Source: Deltaproteobacteria bacterium (GTDB taxonomy: Bacteria; Desulfobacterota_D; UBA1144; Nemesobacterales; CSP1-2). From it: DNA of 64,000 nucleotides. The position numbers and the translations under genes were made by a program. The DNA lies in the NCBI GenBank assembly GCA_052390235.1, contig JBQTHB010000002.1:160001-224000 (forward strand), given 5' to 3'. Below the pieces are notes generated by a model. The model did not search any database, was not told where the DNA came from, and was given only the letters and a program-made list of their open reading frames with translations. Positions 41,038 to 51,481 of the stretch are shown piece by piece; the first letter of the stretch is position 1, and the number at the start of each line of letters is the position of its first letter.

Positions 41038-41838
41038 TTAGATTAGATCCTCTCCGCCGTCCACTTTAATGACGTTGCCCGTAATCCAGTTGCCGCCCCT
41101 CCCCGACAGCGCGACTATCGCCTCGGCTACGTCTTTGGTGGTGGTGAGCCTGCCGCCGGGGTTCACCTTGACGGCGTTCTCGATAATTTGCTCGTTGCCG
41201 GGAATTTTGCTCAGCGCCGGCGTAAGCGTAACCCCCGCTTGAATGGAGTTAGCCGTGATGCCGTGAGGGGCGAGTTCCACGGCGAGCTGTCTTATGTGCG
41301 ATTCCAGAGCCGCTTTTGAAGCTGACACAGGCCCATAGGTTAGCCACACCCTGTGGCCTCCGGCGCTCGTCATGGCGAACACCCTTCCGCCCCTGCCCAG
41401 TAGCTTTCTATGCACGGCCTCTTGAGTCCAATAGACGAGGCTATGAGCCATAACATCGAGGGTCATGTTCATGTTCGTATCCGTAACCATTTCCTTCACG
41501 GACGCGCCGATGTAGGGCTTTAAAGTGCCAAATGCAAGCGAGTGAACTAGAACCCTCAGCTTTCCCTCCCCTCCTATCATCGTCTCGATTTGATCGAGAA
41601 CCTCTCTGCGCTTTCCAGAGTCAGAGGCGTTGACGTTGAAAAACAGAGCGTCCCTGCCCTTGGATTTTATCTCCCCAACTACGCGCTCGACGCTTGGCAT
41701 TGTGGATTTCCTGTCGAGATGCACGCCAAATATGTTCATTCCAGCTTCGGCAAGCTCAATGGCAATTGCCTCTCCAAAACCGCTTGACGCGCCGAGTATT
41801 AAAGCCCACGAGTCTTTAAAGTGATTATCACAGCTCAA
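41038..41838 (-). CDS. SDR oxidoreductase, enoyl-ACP reductase (FabI/FabL)-like
   Basis: LILGASSGFG, VHSLAFG, Y-x6-K (YGPVSASK), ITGNVIKVDGG. Confidence 0.75.
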   Translation of the reverse strand: MSCDNHFKDSWALILGASSGFGEAIAIELAEAGMNIFGVHLDRKSTMPSVERVVGEIKSKGRDALFFNVNASDSGKRREVLDQIETMIGGEGKLRVLVHSLAFGTLKPYIGASVKEMVTDTNMNMTLDVMAHSLVYWTQEAVHRKLLGRGGRVFAMTSAGGHRVWLTYGPVSASKAALESHIRQLAVELAPHGITANSIQAGVTLTPALSKIPGNEQIIENAVKVNPGGRLTTTKDVAEAIVALSGRGGNWITGNVIKVDGGEDLI

Positions 41839-42093
41839 TGTGTGTCTCCTCTGTGCTACGATTTATATCTCATAAAAAGCGAAATGGTAGAGATTCTACG
41901 CACTTTCGGATGAATTGCAAGGAATCCTCTCGCCATCTGCGCCGAGGGTTTCGGCATCTGTGCGCCGCCCCATCGCGCAGTGAGCCCTCCGCTTATCCCC
42001 CAGGGGAATTGCTGTGGTAAAATGTAAATCCTAATTCTGAGCCGCATTGCACAATTGGGCTGGAGCTTTCTGCGCCAAGGGGGTATTCGCAAT

Positions 42094-43908
42094 ATGACGA
42101 TAAACGCCATGCCGCTTGTAGTCGGCGCGCTATGCGTAATGGTTATTTTCTACAGGTTTTATCATGGATTTATCGCCGCAAAAGTAGCCGCTCTCGACGA
42201 CTCGAGAAAAACCCCCGCTCACACGCACTATGACGGGCAAAACTACTATCCCACGAATAAGTGGGTGCTGTTTGGGCATCATTTCGCCGCCATCACCGGC
42301 GCGGGCCCCCTCATAGGCCCGGTGCTTGCGGCGCAGTTCGGGGTGCTTCCGGGGTATCTGTGGATTCTCATAGGGGTCGTCTTAGCCGGAGCGGTTCACG
42401 ATTTTATAATATTCGTCGCCTCCGTCAGGCACGGGGGGAAATCCCTTGCTGAAATTGCGAGAACCCAAATTAGCCCCCTTTCAGGCATCGTGGCTTCAAT
42501 TGCGATACTATTTATATTGGTTGCCGCCCTTGCCGGGCTTGGGCTTGCCGTGGTCAACGCCCTTGCTGAAAGCTCTTGGGGAGTGTTCACAATAGGATGC
42601 ACTATACCCATCGCGCTGTTTATGGGCTTTTATATGTACCGCTTCAGAAGAGGACGCATCGCCGAGGGAACTATAATAGGGGTGATACTGCTCATATTCG
42701 CCGTCTATTTCGGCAAAGATGTAGCGGCGTCATCCTTTGCCCCGTATTTCACGCTTCCCAAGGCGAAAATCACGCTCTTCATCCTCATATACGGCTTTGT
42801 GGCGTCCATTCTGCCCGTGTGGATGCTCCTTTGCCCGCGGGATTACCTAAGCGCGTTCATGAAAATAGGCACCATCTCGTTTCTCGCCGTAGGGATTGTC
42901 ATCGTACAGCCGGAGCTAAAAATGCCGCTCCTGACGGAGTTCATTCACGGAGGGGGGCCCATAATTCCGGGGTCGCTTTTTCCGTTCACATTTATAACGA
43001 TTGCCTGCGGGGCTATCTCAGGCTTTCACGCCCTCGTGGCTTCGGGAACGTCGCCTAAAATGGTCTCGAAAGAGTCCGACATCCGCTCCATCGGCTTTAC
43101 AGCCATGCTGATTGAGGGCTTCATCGCCATACTCGCCCTCATTGCGGCCTCGGCGCTTGCTCCGGGGGATTATTTCGCTATAAACGTCCCCCCATCGGTG
43201 TTTGAAACCCTTGGACTCGCCACGGTGAATCTCGCGGAGCTTTCGGCTCAGGTCGGAGAGGATTTGGCAGGGCGCACGGGAGGGGCGGTGTCGCTCGCCG
43301 TGGGGATGGCGCAGATTTTCACCTCGATTCCGGGGATGAGCCACCTTATGGACTACTGGTATCACTTCGCCATAATGTTCGAGGCCCTCTTCATACTGAC
43401 CACAATTGACACGGGAACGCGCGTAGCGAGGTTTATGATTCAGGAATTTGGCGGGAAACTCTATAAACCGTTCGAGAGGGTTGACCACCTGCCCTCAGCC
43501 ATTATTGCGACGTCCATCATCACCTGCGGCTGGGGATATTTCGTATTTACGGGGAGTATCAGCTCGATTTGGCCCATGTTCGGCACGGCTAATCAGCTTC
43601 TCGCGGGGATTGCGCTTTGCGTCGGCACTACTTTTATCATCAACATGGGTAAAGCCCGCTACGCTTGGGTTACGCTCGCGCCGATGGTGTTCGTAATGAC
43701 GACGACGCTCACCGCCGCTTGGTTGAATATTGTCAACAATTTCCTGCCGATGACGAAAAAAGAGGGGTTTGCCGTTCAGGGCTACGTCAACACGGCGCTT
43801 ACGGGGATAATTATGATTTGCGCGCTGATAATTCTCGTTGACTCGGCGAGGGCTTGGCGCAGGGTTCTGTTAGGCGGCGCGGCAACTGCAAAGCGGGAGG
43901 AGGCGTGA
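42094..43908 (+). CDS. cstA: Carbon starvation protein A family transporter
   Basis: [56 protein letters not shown]; start reassigned to ATG 42094. Confidence 0.93.
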   Translation: MTINAMPLVVGALCVMVIFYRFYHGFIAAKVAALDDSRKTPAHTHYDGQNYYPTNKWVLFGHHFAAITGAGPLIGPVLAAQFGVLPGYLWILIGVVLAGAVHDFIIFVASVRHGGKSLAEIARTQISPLSGIVASIAILFILVAALAGLGLAVVNALAESSWGVFTIGCTIPIALFMGFYMYRFRRGRIAEGTIIGVILLIFAVYFGKDVAASSFAPYFTLPKAKITLFILIYGFVASILPVWMLLCPRDYLSAFMKIGTISFLAVGIVIVQPELKMPLLTEFIHGGGPIIPGSLFPFTFITIACGAISGFHALVASGTSPKMVSKESDIRSIGFTAMLIEGFIAILALIAASALAPGDYFAINVPPSVFETLGLATVNLAELSAQVGEDLAGRTGGAVSLAVGMAQIFTSIPGMSHLMDYWYHFAIMFEALFILTTIDTGTRVARFMIQEFGGKLYKPFERVDHLPSAIIATSIITCGWGYFVFTGSISSIWPMFGTANQLLAGIALCVGTTFIINMGKARYAWVTLAPMVFVMTTTLTAAWLNIVNNFLPMTKKEGFAVQGYVNTALTGIIMICALIILVDSARAWRRVLLGGAATAKREEA

Positions 43909-43909
43909 G

Positions 43910-44305
43910 ATTAGAAAATCCACGGTAATTATCGTTCGGGAGGGCGACGGCGCGGGCGGGTGCGTTTGTTGCTCCGGCGGGATGGGGGAATTCGGCAAAA
44001 ATGAGAGTTCCTACGCACAGGTCAGAGATATTGCCGAGCGGTGCGCCGCAATTCACCGAGCTATAACCGAGCGGTTCGGCGACGCTGTGGAGATAATCCA
44101 AATCGAGCCGAGGGCGTACCTCTACATTCTGCCGAAAGTGCTATTTGAGATTCTCAGATTTAACCGCTCGCTTAGCGCCGTCGTCAAAGCCGCCTTTCTG
44201 TGGTATCCGATTCCCATCGTGATTGTCAACGGCAGGCTCGTCGGGGCGGGACGCCTTCCTACGGCGGATGATGTAATAAGAGAGTTGTGCGGCGGCGGCA
44301 ACTGA
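43910..44305 (+). CDS. Small Cys-rich thioredoxin/ArsD-like protein following cstA; start uncertain (ATT 43910 or ATG 43982)
   Basis: Frame is open upstream of ATG 43982 (IRKSTVIIVREGDGAGGCVCCSGG); C-terminal PIVIVNGRLV..GRLP. Confidence 0.6.
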   Translation: MRKSTVIIVREGDGAGGCVCCSGGMGEFGKNESSYAQVRDIAERCAAIHRAITERFGDAVEIIQIEPRAYLYILPKVLFEILRFNRSLSAVVKAAFLWYPIPIVIVNGRLVGAGRLPTADDVIRELCGGGN

Positions 44306-44443
44306 AAAATCGGCGGAACATAGCCAGCGTATTCATAATCTAATGAGTGGACTCGTCTCGTAGGAAATATCAGATTCACTCGGGACTATGAGCCGTAAAA
44401 AATGCCGCAGGGAAATTTAATTGAAAAGGGGGAGAATGTGAAA

Positions 44444-46063
44444 ATGAAAAGATTTGTTCTGATTCCGACTCTTGCGCTAGCGCTACTCACGGTTTATGTG
44501 CCGGAGGCGTACCCGGCTGATTCCTCATCAATAAACCTGATTGGAGACGCCGCAAAGAGATTCGACATTCCCTCCGACGTTAAAATCGCGCAGAGTTTTT
44601 ATCTCGATAAGTACGGCATCACTTACGAGCGCTACGGGCAGTACTTCGGCGCAGCCGAGGTTTTGGGGGGAGATATCACCGTGATTCGGGACGGCAATGG
44701 CAGCGTCGCATCCGTCTTCGGCTCTCATTTTAGAAACCTCGTCCCTCGCAGCAAATCCCGAATCGCCGAGGCAATAGCCCGCCGTTTTGCCGAGCAGGAC
44801 GCTCCCGATGCCCAGTCGCGTTTCGTGGATTTATTGATTGACCCCAAATCGGGGAGATTTCTGTTCCGCGTGGAGAGCCGAGGGTTCGCAACACGCTGGT
44901 TTCATCTGGTAGACGCCGAAAACGGGCGGCTCGTAAACCGCTGGGACGCGCTGCAGACCGCGCAGGGGACGGGCGTAAAGGGCGACATTAAAGATTTAGA
45001 CGGGGATAACTCCGACCCGGCTGACGACTTGACGATATTCCACGGCGAGCCGGGACACGGAGCCGCCGCCCCGCACTGGGATATTTTCTCCTCCGACGGC
45101 AGGCAGTTAACATTTGATGCCAGAAACGGCAGAACACAGCTTTATTTCGCAACCGACGCCGATAATCTGTGGAATCTCACAGCCGCCGATAGAAAATCTC
45201 CCGGGCATCCGGCGCTTATTGACGCCCACTACTATGCAAAAATTACGGATAACTACTTCCTCTCCCGCCACGGTCTCGACTGGATAGCCCACTGCGGATA
45301 CGCCGCCATGCAGTCCGCAGTCCACTACCGCTCTGGCTACAATAACGCCTTCTGGGATGGCGCATTTCTCGTCTATGGAGACGGCAATGGCATTGCATAT
45401 AGAGAGTTCAGCGGCGGCATTGATATAGTCGCTCATGAAGCGGCGCACGCTATAACCCAATGCACATCAAGGCTGATTTATCAAAATGAGTCCGGCGCGC
45501 TCAACGAGTCGTTCTCGGACATAATGGGGACAAACGTTGAATTCTTCGCCAATGAATCCCTCTCAAGCAACTGCGTGAGGGCTCCCGGGCAGACTGACTG
45601 CGCCGATTGGTGGATAGGCGAGGACATCGCTCTCAAAGCCGACGCAAAGCCCGGACACCGCAATATGCAAGACCCTGCCGAAGATGCGAGTCCCAGCCAC
45701 TGGAGCGAATATAAAATCATCACCTCGGACAACGGAGGGATTCATAAAAATAGCGGTATCCCGAATCACGTCTATTATCTCCTCGTAAACGGCGGCAGAA
45801 ACGCCGGATGCGCTCGGAAACGCGCCCACTGCGCAGGGGACGGCGCGATAACCGTAACCGGCATCGGCATCGGGGACGCAGAGAGGATCTTTTTCCTAGG
45901 CTTTGCCCTACTGCCGAGCAACGCCACATTCTGCAATGCGCGGGCGGCAACCGAGAACGCCGCTGACCTGCTCTTCGGGGCGGCTTCCCAGCAGCGCGCC
46001 TCAACAACGGCGGCTTGGGTAGCTTCGGGGCTTACAAATACGGTCTGCGGAGTCTCGCCCTAG
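44444..46063 (+). CDS. Secreted M4 (thermolysin-family) metalloprotease precursor
   Basis: Signal peptide, propeptide, NNAFWDG, AHEAAH (HExxH), GALNESFSD, GGIHKNSGIPN. Confidence 0.92.
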   Translation: MKRFVLIPTLALALLTVYVPEAYPADSSSINLIGDAAKRFDIPSDVKIAQSFYLDKYGITYERYGQYFGAAEVLGGDITVIRDGNGSVASVFGSHFRNLVPRSKSRIAEAIARRFAEQDAPDAQSRFVDLLIDPKSGRFLFRVESRGFATRWFHLVDAENGRLVNRWDALQTAQGTGVKGDIKDLDGDNSDPADDLTIFHGEPGHGAAAPHWDIFSSDGRQLTFDARNGRTQLYFATDADNLWNLTAADRKSPGHPALIDAHYYAKITDNYFLSRHGLDWIAHCGYAAMQSAVHYRSGYNNAFWDGAFLVYGDGNGIAYREFSGGIDIVAHEAAHAITQCTSRLIYQNESGALNESFSDIMGTNVEFFANESLSSNCVRAPGQTDCADWWIGEDIALKADAKPGHRNMQDPAEDASPSHWSEYKIITSDNGGIHKNSGIPNHVYYLLVNGGRNAGCARKRAHCAGDGAITVTGIGIGDAERIFFLGFALLPSNATFCNARAATENAADLLFGAASQQRASTTAAWVASGLTNTVCGVSP

Positions 46064-46090
46064 GGCGACTGCGCCGAGGAGGGGGAATTT

Positions 46091-46699
46091 CTAAAGCTCA
46101 AGCGCTGAAAAGCTCCCTCTGCCCTTAATTCTCCGGGCCCAACTGGCTAAATCCGCAAGCTCAGCCGGAATCCCAATCCCAATCGCATCGAAAACCGCGA
46201 CCTTCGGGGTGAAGGCGGCGTCCGCAAGGCTGTAGTCTCCGGCGAGGTAGTCTCTGCCTTCGAGTTCCCGGTTTAATTTGATGAGATAATCCGAGAGTTC
46301 ACGCCTGCTTTTTTGAATGAGCGCCGCATCGCGCCTGTCCGCCTCGATGAACGTCTCCTGCCAATAGACGTTAAACCACGCCTGATTAAACTGCCCCTCG
46401 CAGAAATCTATGAGTATTCTAACCCTAGCCCTGTCGGCGGCGGCGCTTGGCATAAGCGGGGGCGAGGGGTATTTATCCTCCAAATACTCGTTGATGATTG
46501 AGGATTCGTAAATTATCTGCCCATCGTCTATGATGGCAGGCACTTTCCCAAGCGGATTTATCTTCAGGAATTCCTCCCGCTTCTGCTCTCCGCGCGTTAT
46601 GTCAACGATAACTCTATCATAGCGCAGTCCCTTCTCGGCGAGGGCGACTCTCACCTTTCTGCAGTAGGGACACCGCGGGTAGTCGTACATTTTTAGCAT
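46091..46699 (-). CDS. Glutathione S-transferase family protein
   Basis: CPYCRKV, INPLGKVP, YESSIINEYLE, YSLAD; start at 46699 after SD GGAGG. Confidence 0.92.
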   Translation of the reverse strand: MLKMYDYPRCPYCRKVRVALAEKGLRYDRVIVDITRGEQKREEFLKINPLGKVPAIIDDGQIIYESSIINEYLEDKYPSPPLMPSAAADRARVRILIDFCEGQFNQAWFNVYWQETFIEADRRDAALIQKSRRELSDYLIKLNRELEGRDYLAGDYSLADAAFTPKVAVFDAIGIGIPAELADLASWARRIKGRGSFSALEL

Positions 46700-46798
46700 T
46701 TCCCTTGTCCTCCTTGGAGTGTATGTTACCGGCTTGATTCCGCCAATATATAATTTAGACTCTCTCAAAATTAAAAAGATGGAGAACTGCGAAAATTA

Positions 46799-47749
46799 AT
46801 GTCATCTCTTGAGAAAATTCTAAAACGCTCGACTAAAGCCCTTCTAATAGGCATCGGCGGCGGCGGGGATATTGTAGGCACGATTCCAACGGCGGGGCTC
46901 TTGGGGATGTTCGGGATTCCGTCAATTCTCGGAGGTCTGCCGTGGGAGAGGTCTGTGCATGACCCTGTGCCGGGACCGAGGACGTTTTCGGAGATTTTAA
47001 ATGTGCGCGCCCTCAACGATACGGTTTGGCTCGCTCATCGGGACACTATGACCCGAACCGGCGTGAGGTTCGCTGAGAGCGTGATGGCGGAGATTTACGA
47101 GACCGAGACCGTGTTAGTGGATATTACAAGAGGCGTGCCAGGCGTGGTGAAGGGGCTAAGGGAGGCTATGAGAGAGTTTGAGGCAGACCTGCTCATTGGG
47201 GTTGACGTCGGAGGGGACGCCATAGCGTTCGGTCATGAGAAGGGACTCACAAGCCCGCTTGCCGATGCGGTGATGACGGCGGCGCTCGCCGAATTAGAGG
47301 GAGAGATGGCGGCGGTTCTCGGTGTTTTCGGCTGGGGGAGCGACGGAGAGCTTACCCCTGAGGAGCTGGATTTATCGCTCGGAGTCGTCTCCAAAGGCGG
47401 AGGGATGCTCGGCGCGTGGGGGATAACCCCGGACACTCTGGCGCAGATGCAGGGCGTCGTCCGCAAAGTGCCGACCGAGGCGAGCCGGATTCCCGTTGAA
47501 GCGGCGGGCGGGGCGAGGGGAGAGACATCTATAAGGAGCGGCACGAGAACGGTTGCGCTCTCGACAACCTCAACTCTCACGTTTTATATGTCGCCAAGGG
47601 TTGTCGTCGAGAAAGTGTCGGCTCCGGCAAGGGCGATTCTCGCAAGCGCCTCGCTTGAAGAGGCTAACGACGCCCTCCACGCCCTCGGTATCACCACCGA
47701 GCTTGATTTGGAGCGAGAGAAGATGCGCAGGCTCAATCCATCCAAGTAG
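46799..47749 (+). CDS. DUF1152 family protein
   Basis: GIGGGGD, VDVGGD, SPLADA, G.GSDGEL, TEAS. Confidence 0.8.
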   Translation: MSSLEKILKRSTKALLIGIGGGGDIVGTIPTAGLLGMFGIPSILGGLPWERSVHDPVPGPRTFSEILNVRALNDTVWLAHRDTMTRTGVRFAESVMAEIYETETVLVDITRGVPGVVKGLREAMREFEADLLIGVDVGGDAIAFGHEKGLTSPLADAVMTAALAELEGEMAAVLGVFGWGSDGELTPEELDLSLGVVSKGGGMLGAWGITPDTLAQMQGVVRKVPTEASRIPVEAAGGARGETSIRSGTRTVALSTTSTLTFYMSPRVVVEKVSAPARAILASASLEEANDALHALGITTELDLEREKMRRLNPSK

Positions 47750-47810
47750 CCGCAGGATGATAACTTTAAACCTGCTAAAACTAGAGGCAAAGTCCGGGAG
47801 TTTTCGTCTT

Positions 47811-49004
47811 TTATCTCTGTTCAATAAATTCCTTAGCCCTCCTAAATGCCCGAATTGCCTCATCAATTTGCTCCTCCGTGTGGGTTGCCATTATCGTCGC
47901 CCTGATTCGGCATTTCCCCGGAGGCACTGACGGCGGGCGCACGGCTGGGGTGTAGATTCCACTCTCCCTCAGGGATTTGGCAAATCCCAGAGCAGTATCA
48001 GCCTCCCCGATGAGAACTGGAATCACAGCTGAGTCAGAGGGCAATACGCAAAGCCCCGCGTCGGCAAGCCCGGATTTAAATCTACCGATAAGCCGCCAAA
48101 GCCGCTCCCTTCGCTCCGGCTCGCCCTCGATAATCTCAATTGCCGCCAGTGCCGCCGCCAAAGCCGATGCCGGGAGAGAGGTATCAAAAATGTAGCTCCT
48201 CGCGCGGTTTCTGAGAAAATCAATTAACTTGCGGCTTCCTGCGATGTACCCTCCGAGCGAGCCTATAGCTTTAGAGAGCGTTCCCATCACCACCGGCACT
48301 CTCGCCTCAACGCCGAAGCGCTCCGTAGCTCCGCTTCCCCGCTCGCCCAAAACCCCCGTTGCATGGGCTTCGTCTATCATGAGCATCGCCCCTGCGCCCT
48401 CGGCAATCCCAACGAGCTCTGGCAGGGGAGCGACGTCGCCGTCCATGCTGAAGACCGTGTCGGTTACAATCAGCTTTTTGCGCCGAGACGAGCTGGGGCT
48501 ATCTGAATCGAGCAGGGTTTTGAGATGCTCCGCGTCTAGGTGGCGATAGATTTTTACCTCGGCCTGGGCGAGGCGGCATCCGTCAATGATTGATGCGTGG
48601 TTTAGCTCGTCGCTATAGACGGTGTCCCCTCTGCCTACGAGGGCGGAAATTGCCCCGATATTGGCCAGATACCCTGAGCTGAAGAGTATCGCCGCCTCGG
48701 TTTTTTTGAACCTTGCGATTCGCTCCTCAAGCGCGCCGTGGAGGTCTGAGCTTCCGCTCACGAGCCTTGAGCCGCCTGAGCCTGCGCCGTATTTGCGAAG
48801 CGCGTCTTCCGCTGCCGCCTTGACCGCCGCATCGGTTGATAGACCAAGGTAGTTATTCGAGCCGAGGAGGATGTGCCGCCTGCCCCCGATGAGGATTTCC
48901 GGCGACTGCCCGCTCTCAATCTCGGTCAGCGCGCGAAAGAGATTCTTACGGCGGATTTCATCTAGTTCTTCATCGAGCCATTCAAGTGGGGGGCGCATAG
49001 GCAT
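47811..49004 (-). CDS. bioF: 8-amino-7-oxononanoate synthase
   Basis: SNNYLGL, GSGGSRLVSG, SDELNHASIIDG, FSMDGD, DEAHA, GTLSKA, VRPPSVP. Start may be ATG 48998. Confidence 0.88.
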   Translation of the reverse strand: MPMRPPLEWLDEELDEIRRKNLFRALTEIESGQSPEILIGGRRHILLGSNNYLGLSTDAAVKAAAEDALRKYGAGSGGSRLVSGSSDLHGALEERIARFKKTEAAILFSSGYLANIGAISALVGRGDTVYSDELNHASIIDGCRLAQAEVKIYRHLDAEHLKTLLDSDSPSSSRRKKLIVTDTVFSMDGDVAPLPELVGIAEGAGAMLMIDEAHATGVLGERGSGATERFGVEARVPVVMGTLSKAIGSLGGYIAGSRKLIDFLRNRARSYIFDTSLPASALAAALAAIEIIEGEPERRERLWRLIGRFKSGLADAGLCVLPSDSAVIPVLIGEADTALGFAKSLRESGIYTPAVRPPSVPPGKCRIRATIMATHTEEQIDEAIRAFRRAKEFIEQR

Positions 49005-49096
49005 CTCAGTTTATGATTTCTGCATATTTTAACTTATAAAATCCCGATAGCCCGCACTGACATCGAATTTGCTGGTTGGCGAGCTGGGCGCGTCGA

Positions 49097-49133
49097 GTGT
49101 CTCTTGACACGATCCCATACATCGTTATAAGAT
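49097..49133 (+). promoter_or_regulatory. Sigma70 promoter of the cytochrome gene with a palindrome overlapping the -35 element
   Basis: TTGACA (49104)-18 nt-TAAGAT; GTGTC-TCTT-GACAC palindrome at 49097-49110. Confidence 0.5.
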
Positions 49134-49168
49134 GAGCCTCGAAGTAGTCTCGTGGCGGGGGTTCGTTT

Positions 49169-51283
49169 ATGACTAATAGAGTCGGGCTTGCCAAATTAAT
49201 CTTAATTCTGATCATAGGAGTTTCATCCACCTTCTCGTCATCTTGCAATAAAACCGAAGTTGCCCAGGTGTCCCCCTCGCCGTTGCCGGATGCCTCAGCG
49301 TCTCATGAATGCCGAAAAAATCCCGCCGCCGAAATTCCTCTGACCGGTGTCTCGTGCGCCCCCCTAGCCCCGCCTGAGGTCGGTTGTTACCTCCCATCTG
49401 AGGTTGAAGGGAGTCTTAGTCAGATGGATTTTAGTGTAAGACAACGCGCCGCCAATATTTTCTCGTGGCAGGAATTCATCGCTCTCATGTGGCCCTCCAA
49501 AGAAGGCGAGAGAGGGATTGCCGACCCCGCAAAAAAATTGTCCACCCCCGGCGCGCGCGTTTGGGAGACGTGGAAAGAGGAGTTCGAGATATATCTAAGG
49601 GACGGGCGCGAACCTCCCCCTTGGAACTCCCCCGAAGCGATTCCCGACTCCTGCAAATCTAAAGACGGAGTATCAAAACGCCTGTTCCGCACCCAAAAAA
49701 TTGACGATATTCTCGATTCCACTATTCAGGCGGCTGGAGCGCAAGCCTCATTACCTGCGACTCTCACAGATGAAAAAGGGGGCGTCGTGCGCTACGAAAT
49801 CAGGCTCAATAAGGTTATGTTTGACTATATAGTCAGGAATAAGCTCTACGACGGCAGGGCGCAGAGCGGCGTTTCATCGGTTTCCTTTCCTGACGGCGCG
49901 ATTCTCGTTAAAGCGGCATGGAGAGAGGTCGGCACAGACAATGCCGCGGCGTATTACACGACTGATGCATGCCTTTGTGATGAGGGCGAAAACGGAGAGC
50001 CGCAGCGCTGCAAGACTGCTAAAATGGGGCTTGTCGGATTTCATATCACTCAAAAAACCCCGAGCGCTCCTCAGTGGGTCTGGTCAACCTTCGAGCAGGT
50101 AAATAATGCCCCCGACCTGGGCGTCGTTGAAAGCGCGGCATTTTATAATCCCCTCTGCGAAGACTGTCCGGTGAATCGCCAAACCAAGCCAGGAGTCCCG
50201 AATCAGATTCAGAGGGTCGCCCCGGTTGCATCTGCGGAGCCGGACTGCTCTCAGCCCGCCGAAGCCCTTGACAATGCGCAGAAACTAAACTCAGACGTTC
50301 AAGCCGCCCTTGCAAACGCCGGTTCGGTATTAAAAAATTACGAACTCATCAACACACAGTGGCCCCTTCAGCCCACTAGCCTAAAACCCTCGACGGTGTT
50401 TATGGCGCTCCCCCCTGCTCTTGCCAATACGACAATGGAGACGTTCGTTCAGCCCACTTCGACCTGCGTGGGATGCCACTCCACCGCGCGCACGGTGAGC
50501 GCTGAGAATTTCGTATCCTCAGATTTCAGCTTCACGCTAAATAACGCTATGCCGAAGCCCAAAAACGACAAGATTATCCCAACCCCTAAGAAACCCGAGA
50601 CCCCTTCGGATAAGGCTAATTGGGAGAAAATTACCCTCGGATACGCGCTCGCAACCGAAACCTACGAGAGACTCCCCGCCAACGTGCCAACGGCAAAACT
50701 CCACTGCTCAAGCTGTCATCTGGGCGCGGGCGCCAATAGCGATGCCGCTTGGTGGGTTGATCTCTCCTACGCATATAAGACCAAGCCGGAGCTACAAGCC
50801 CGCATCAACGGCTGTTTCGAGAGGAGTATGAACGGAGTCGCACTATGCGCGCCGGCAGCGGGCAATGATAAGGGCGACTGCGACGAGAACCCGAATATGG
50901 AGGCGTTCTTAGCCTATATGAATTGGCTGGACGAGCAGTGGGATAAGAAAAATCCGAAAACGCCCGCCCCTCACGGATTCCCTCCCATTGAGACCTATCT
51001 CGGCGATCCTTGGCGTGGGAATCTGATATTTCAGCAAAAATGCGCCGTATGCCACGGGGCTGACGGCGAGGGCAGATACGAAGGCGGGGTGTATTTCCGT
51101 CCTGCGCTTTGGGGGGAGCATTCGTTCAACAAATCGGCTGGTATGTTCGCCTACGTTGACTTGCTGGCGGCGTTTATACGCTGGAATATGCCCCTAGGCG
51201 CGGGAGGACTCCTCACCGACGATGAGGCTTGGGATGTCGCCGTGTTTATTGACTCCAAGCCTCGCTCCGGAAAGGGGAATTAA
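49169..51283 (+). CDS. Exported (probably lipoprotein) triheme cytochrome c: unrecognised monoheme domain fused to a TsdA-like diheme domain
   Basis: Signal ends FSSSC; CVGCH, CSSCH, CAVCH; RINGCFERSMNG, PALWG..SFN..AGM, FIRWNMP.G. Confidence 0.8.
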   Translation: MTNRVGLAKLILILIIGVSSTFSSSCNKTEVAQVSPSPLPDASASHECRKNPAAEIPLTGVSCAPLAPPEVGCYLPSEVEGSLSQMDFSVRQRAANIFSWQEFIALMWPSKEGERGIADPAKKLSTPGARVWETWKEEFEIYLRDGREPPPWNSPEAIPDSCKSKDGVSKRLFRTQKIDDILDSTIQAAGAQASLPATLTDEKGGVVRYEIRLNKVMFDYIVRNKLYDGRAQSGVSSVSFPDGAILVKAAWREVGTDNAAAYYTTDACLCDEGENGEPQRCKTAKMGLVGFHITQKTPSAPQWVWSTFEQVNNAPDLGVVESAAFYNPLCEDCPVNRQTKPGVPNQIQRVAPVASAEPDCSQPAEALDNAQKLNSDVQAALANAGSVLKNYELINTQWPLQPTSLKPSTVFMALPPALANTTMETFVQPTSTCVGCHSTARTVSAENFVSSDFSFTLNNAMPKPKNDKIIPTPKKPETPSDKANWEKITLGYALATETYERLPANVPTAKLHCSSCHLGAGANSDAAWWVDLSYAYKTKPELQARINGCFERSMNGVALCAPAAGNDKGDCDENPNMEAFLAYMNWLDEQWDKKNPKTPAPHGFPPIETYLGDPWRGNLIFQQKCAVCHGADGEGRYEGGVYFRPALWGEHSFNKSAGMFAYVDLLAAFIRWNMPLGAGGLLTDDEAWDVAVFIDSKPRSGKGN

Positions 51284-51481
51284 TTCTGAGCCGCTATTGG
51301 GGCCAGTACTCGGCTGAAAACTCGGATGCTTCGCAATTTTATTGCCCCTATTACTGACCGCACTTGCAAAATCTCGTCTGTATGGGCAGACTTTAATAGA
51401 CCCCGAATATTGCCACTTTAACCGACGGGGCGGACTTCTTAGACTGTTTTACCACTTAAATGAACGGGATTATCCCCTGAT

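Noticed and set aside
43905..43928. Selenoprotein/YbdD-type small gene or stop read-through after cstA
   Set aside because: No in-frame TGA within a plausible ORF. The GTG frame ends at TAA after 7 codons.
49005..49100. BirA operator upstream of bioF
   Set aside because: No TGTAAAC/GTTTACA-type inverted repeat seen.
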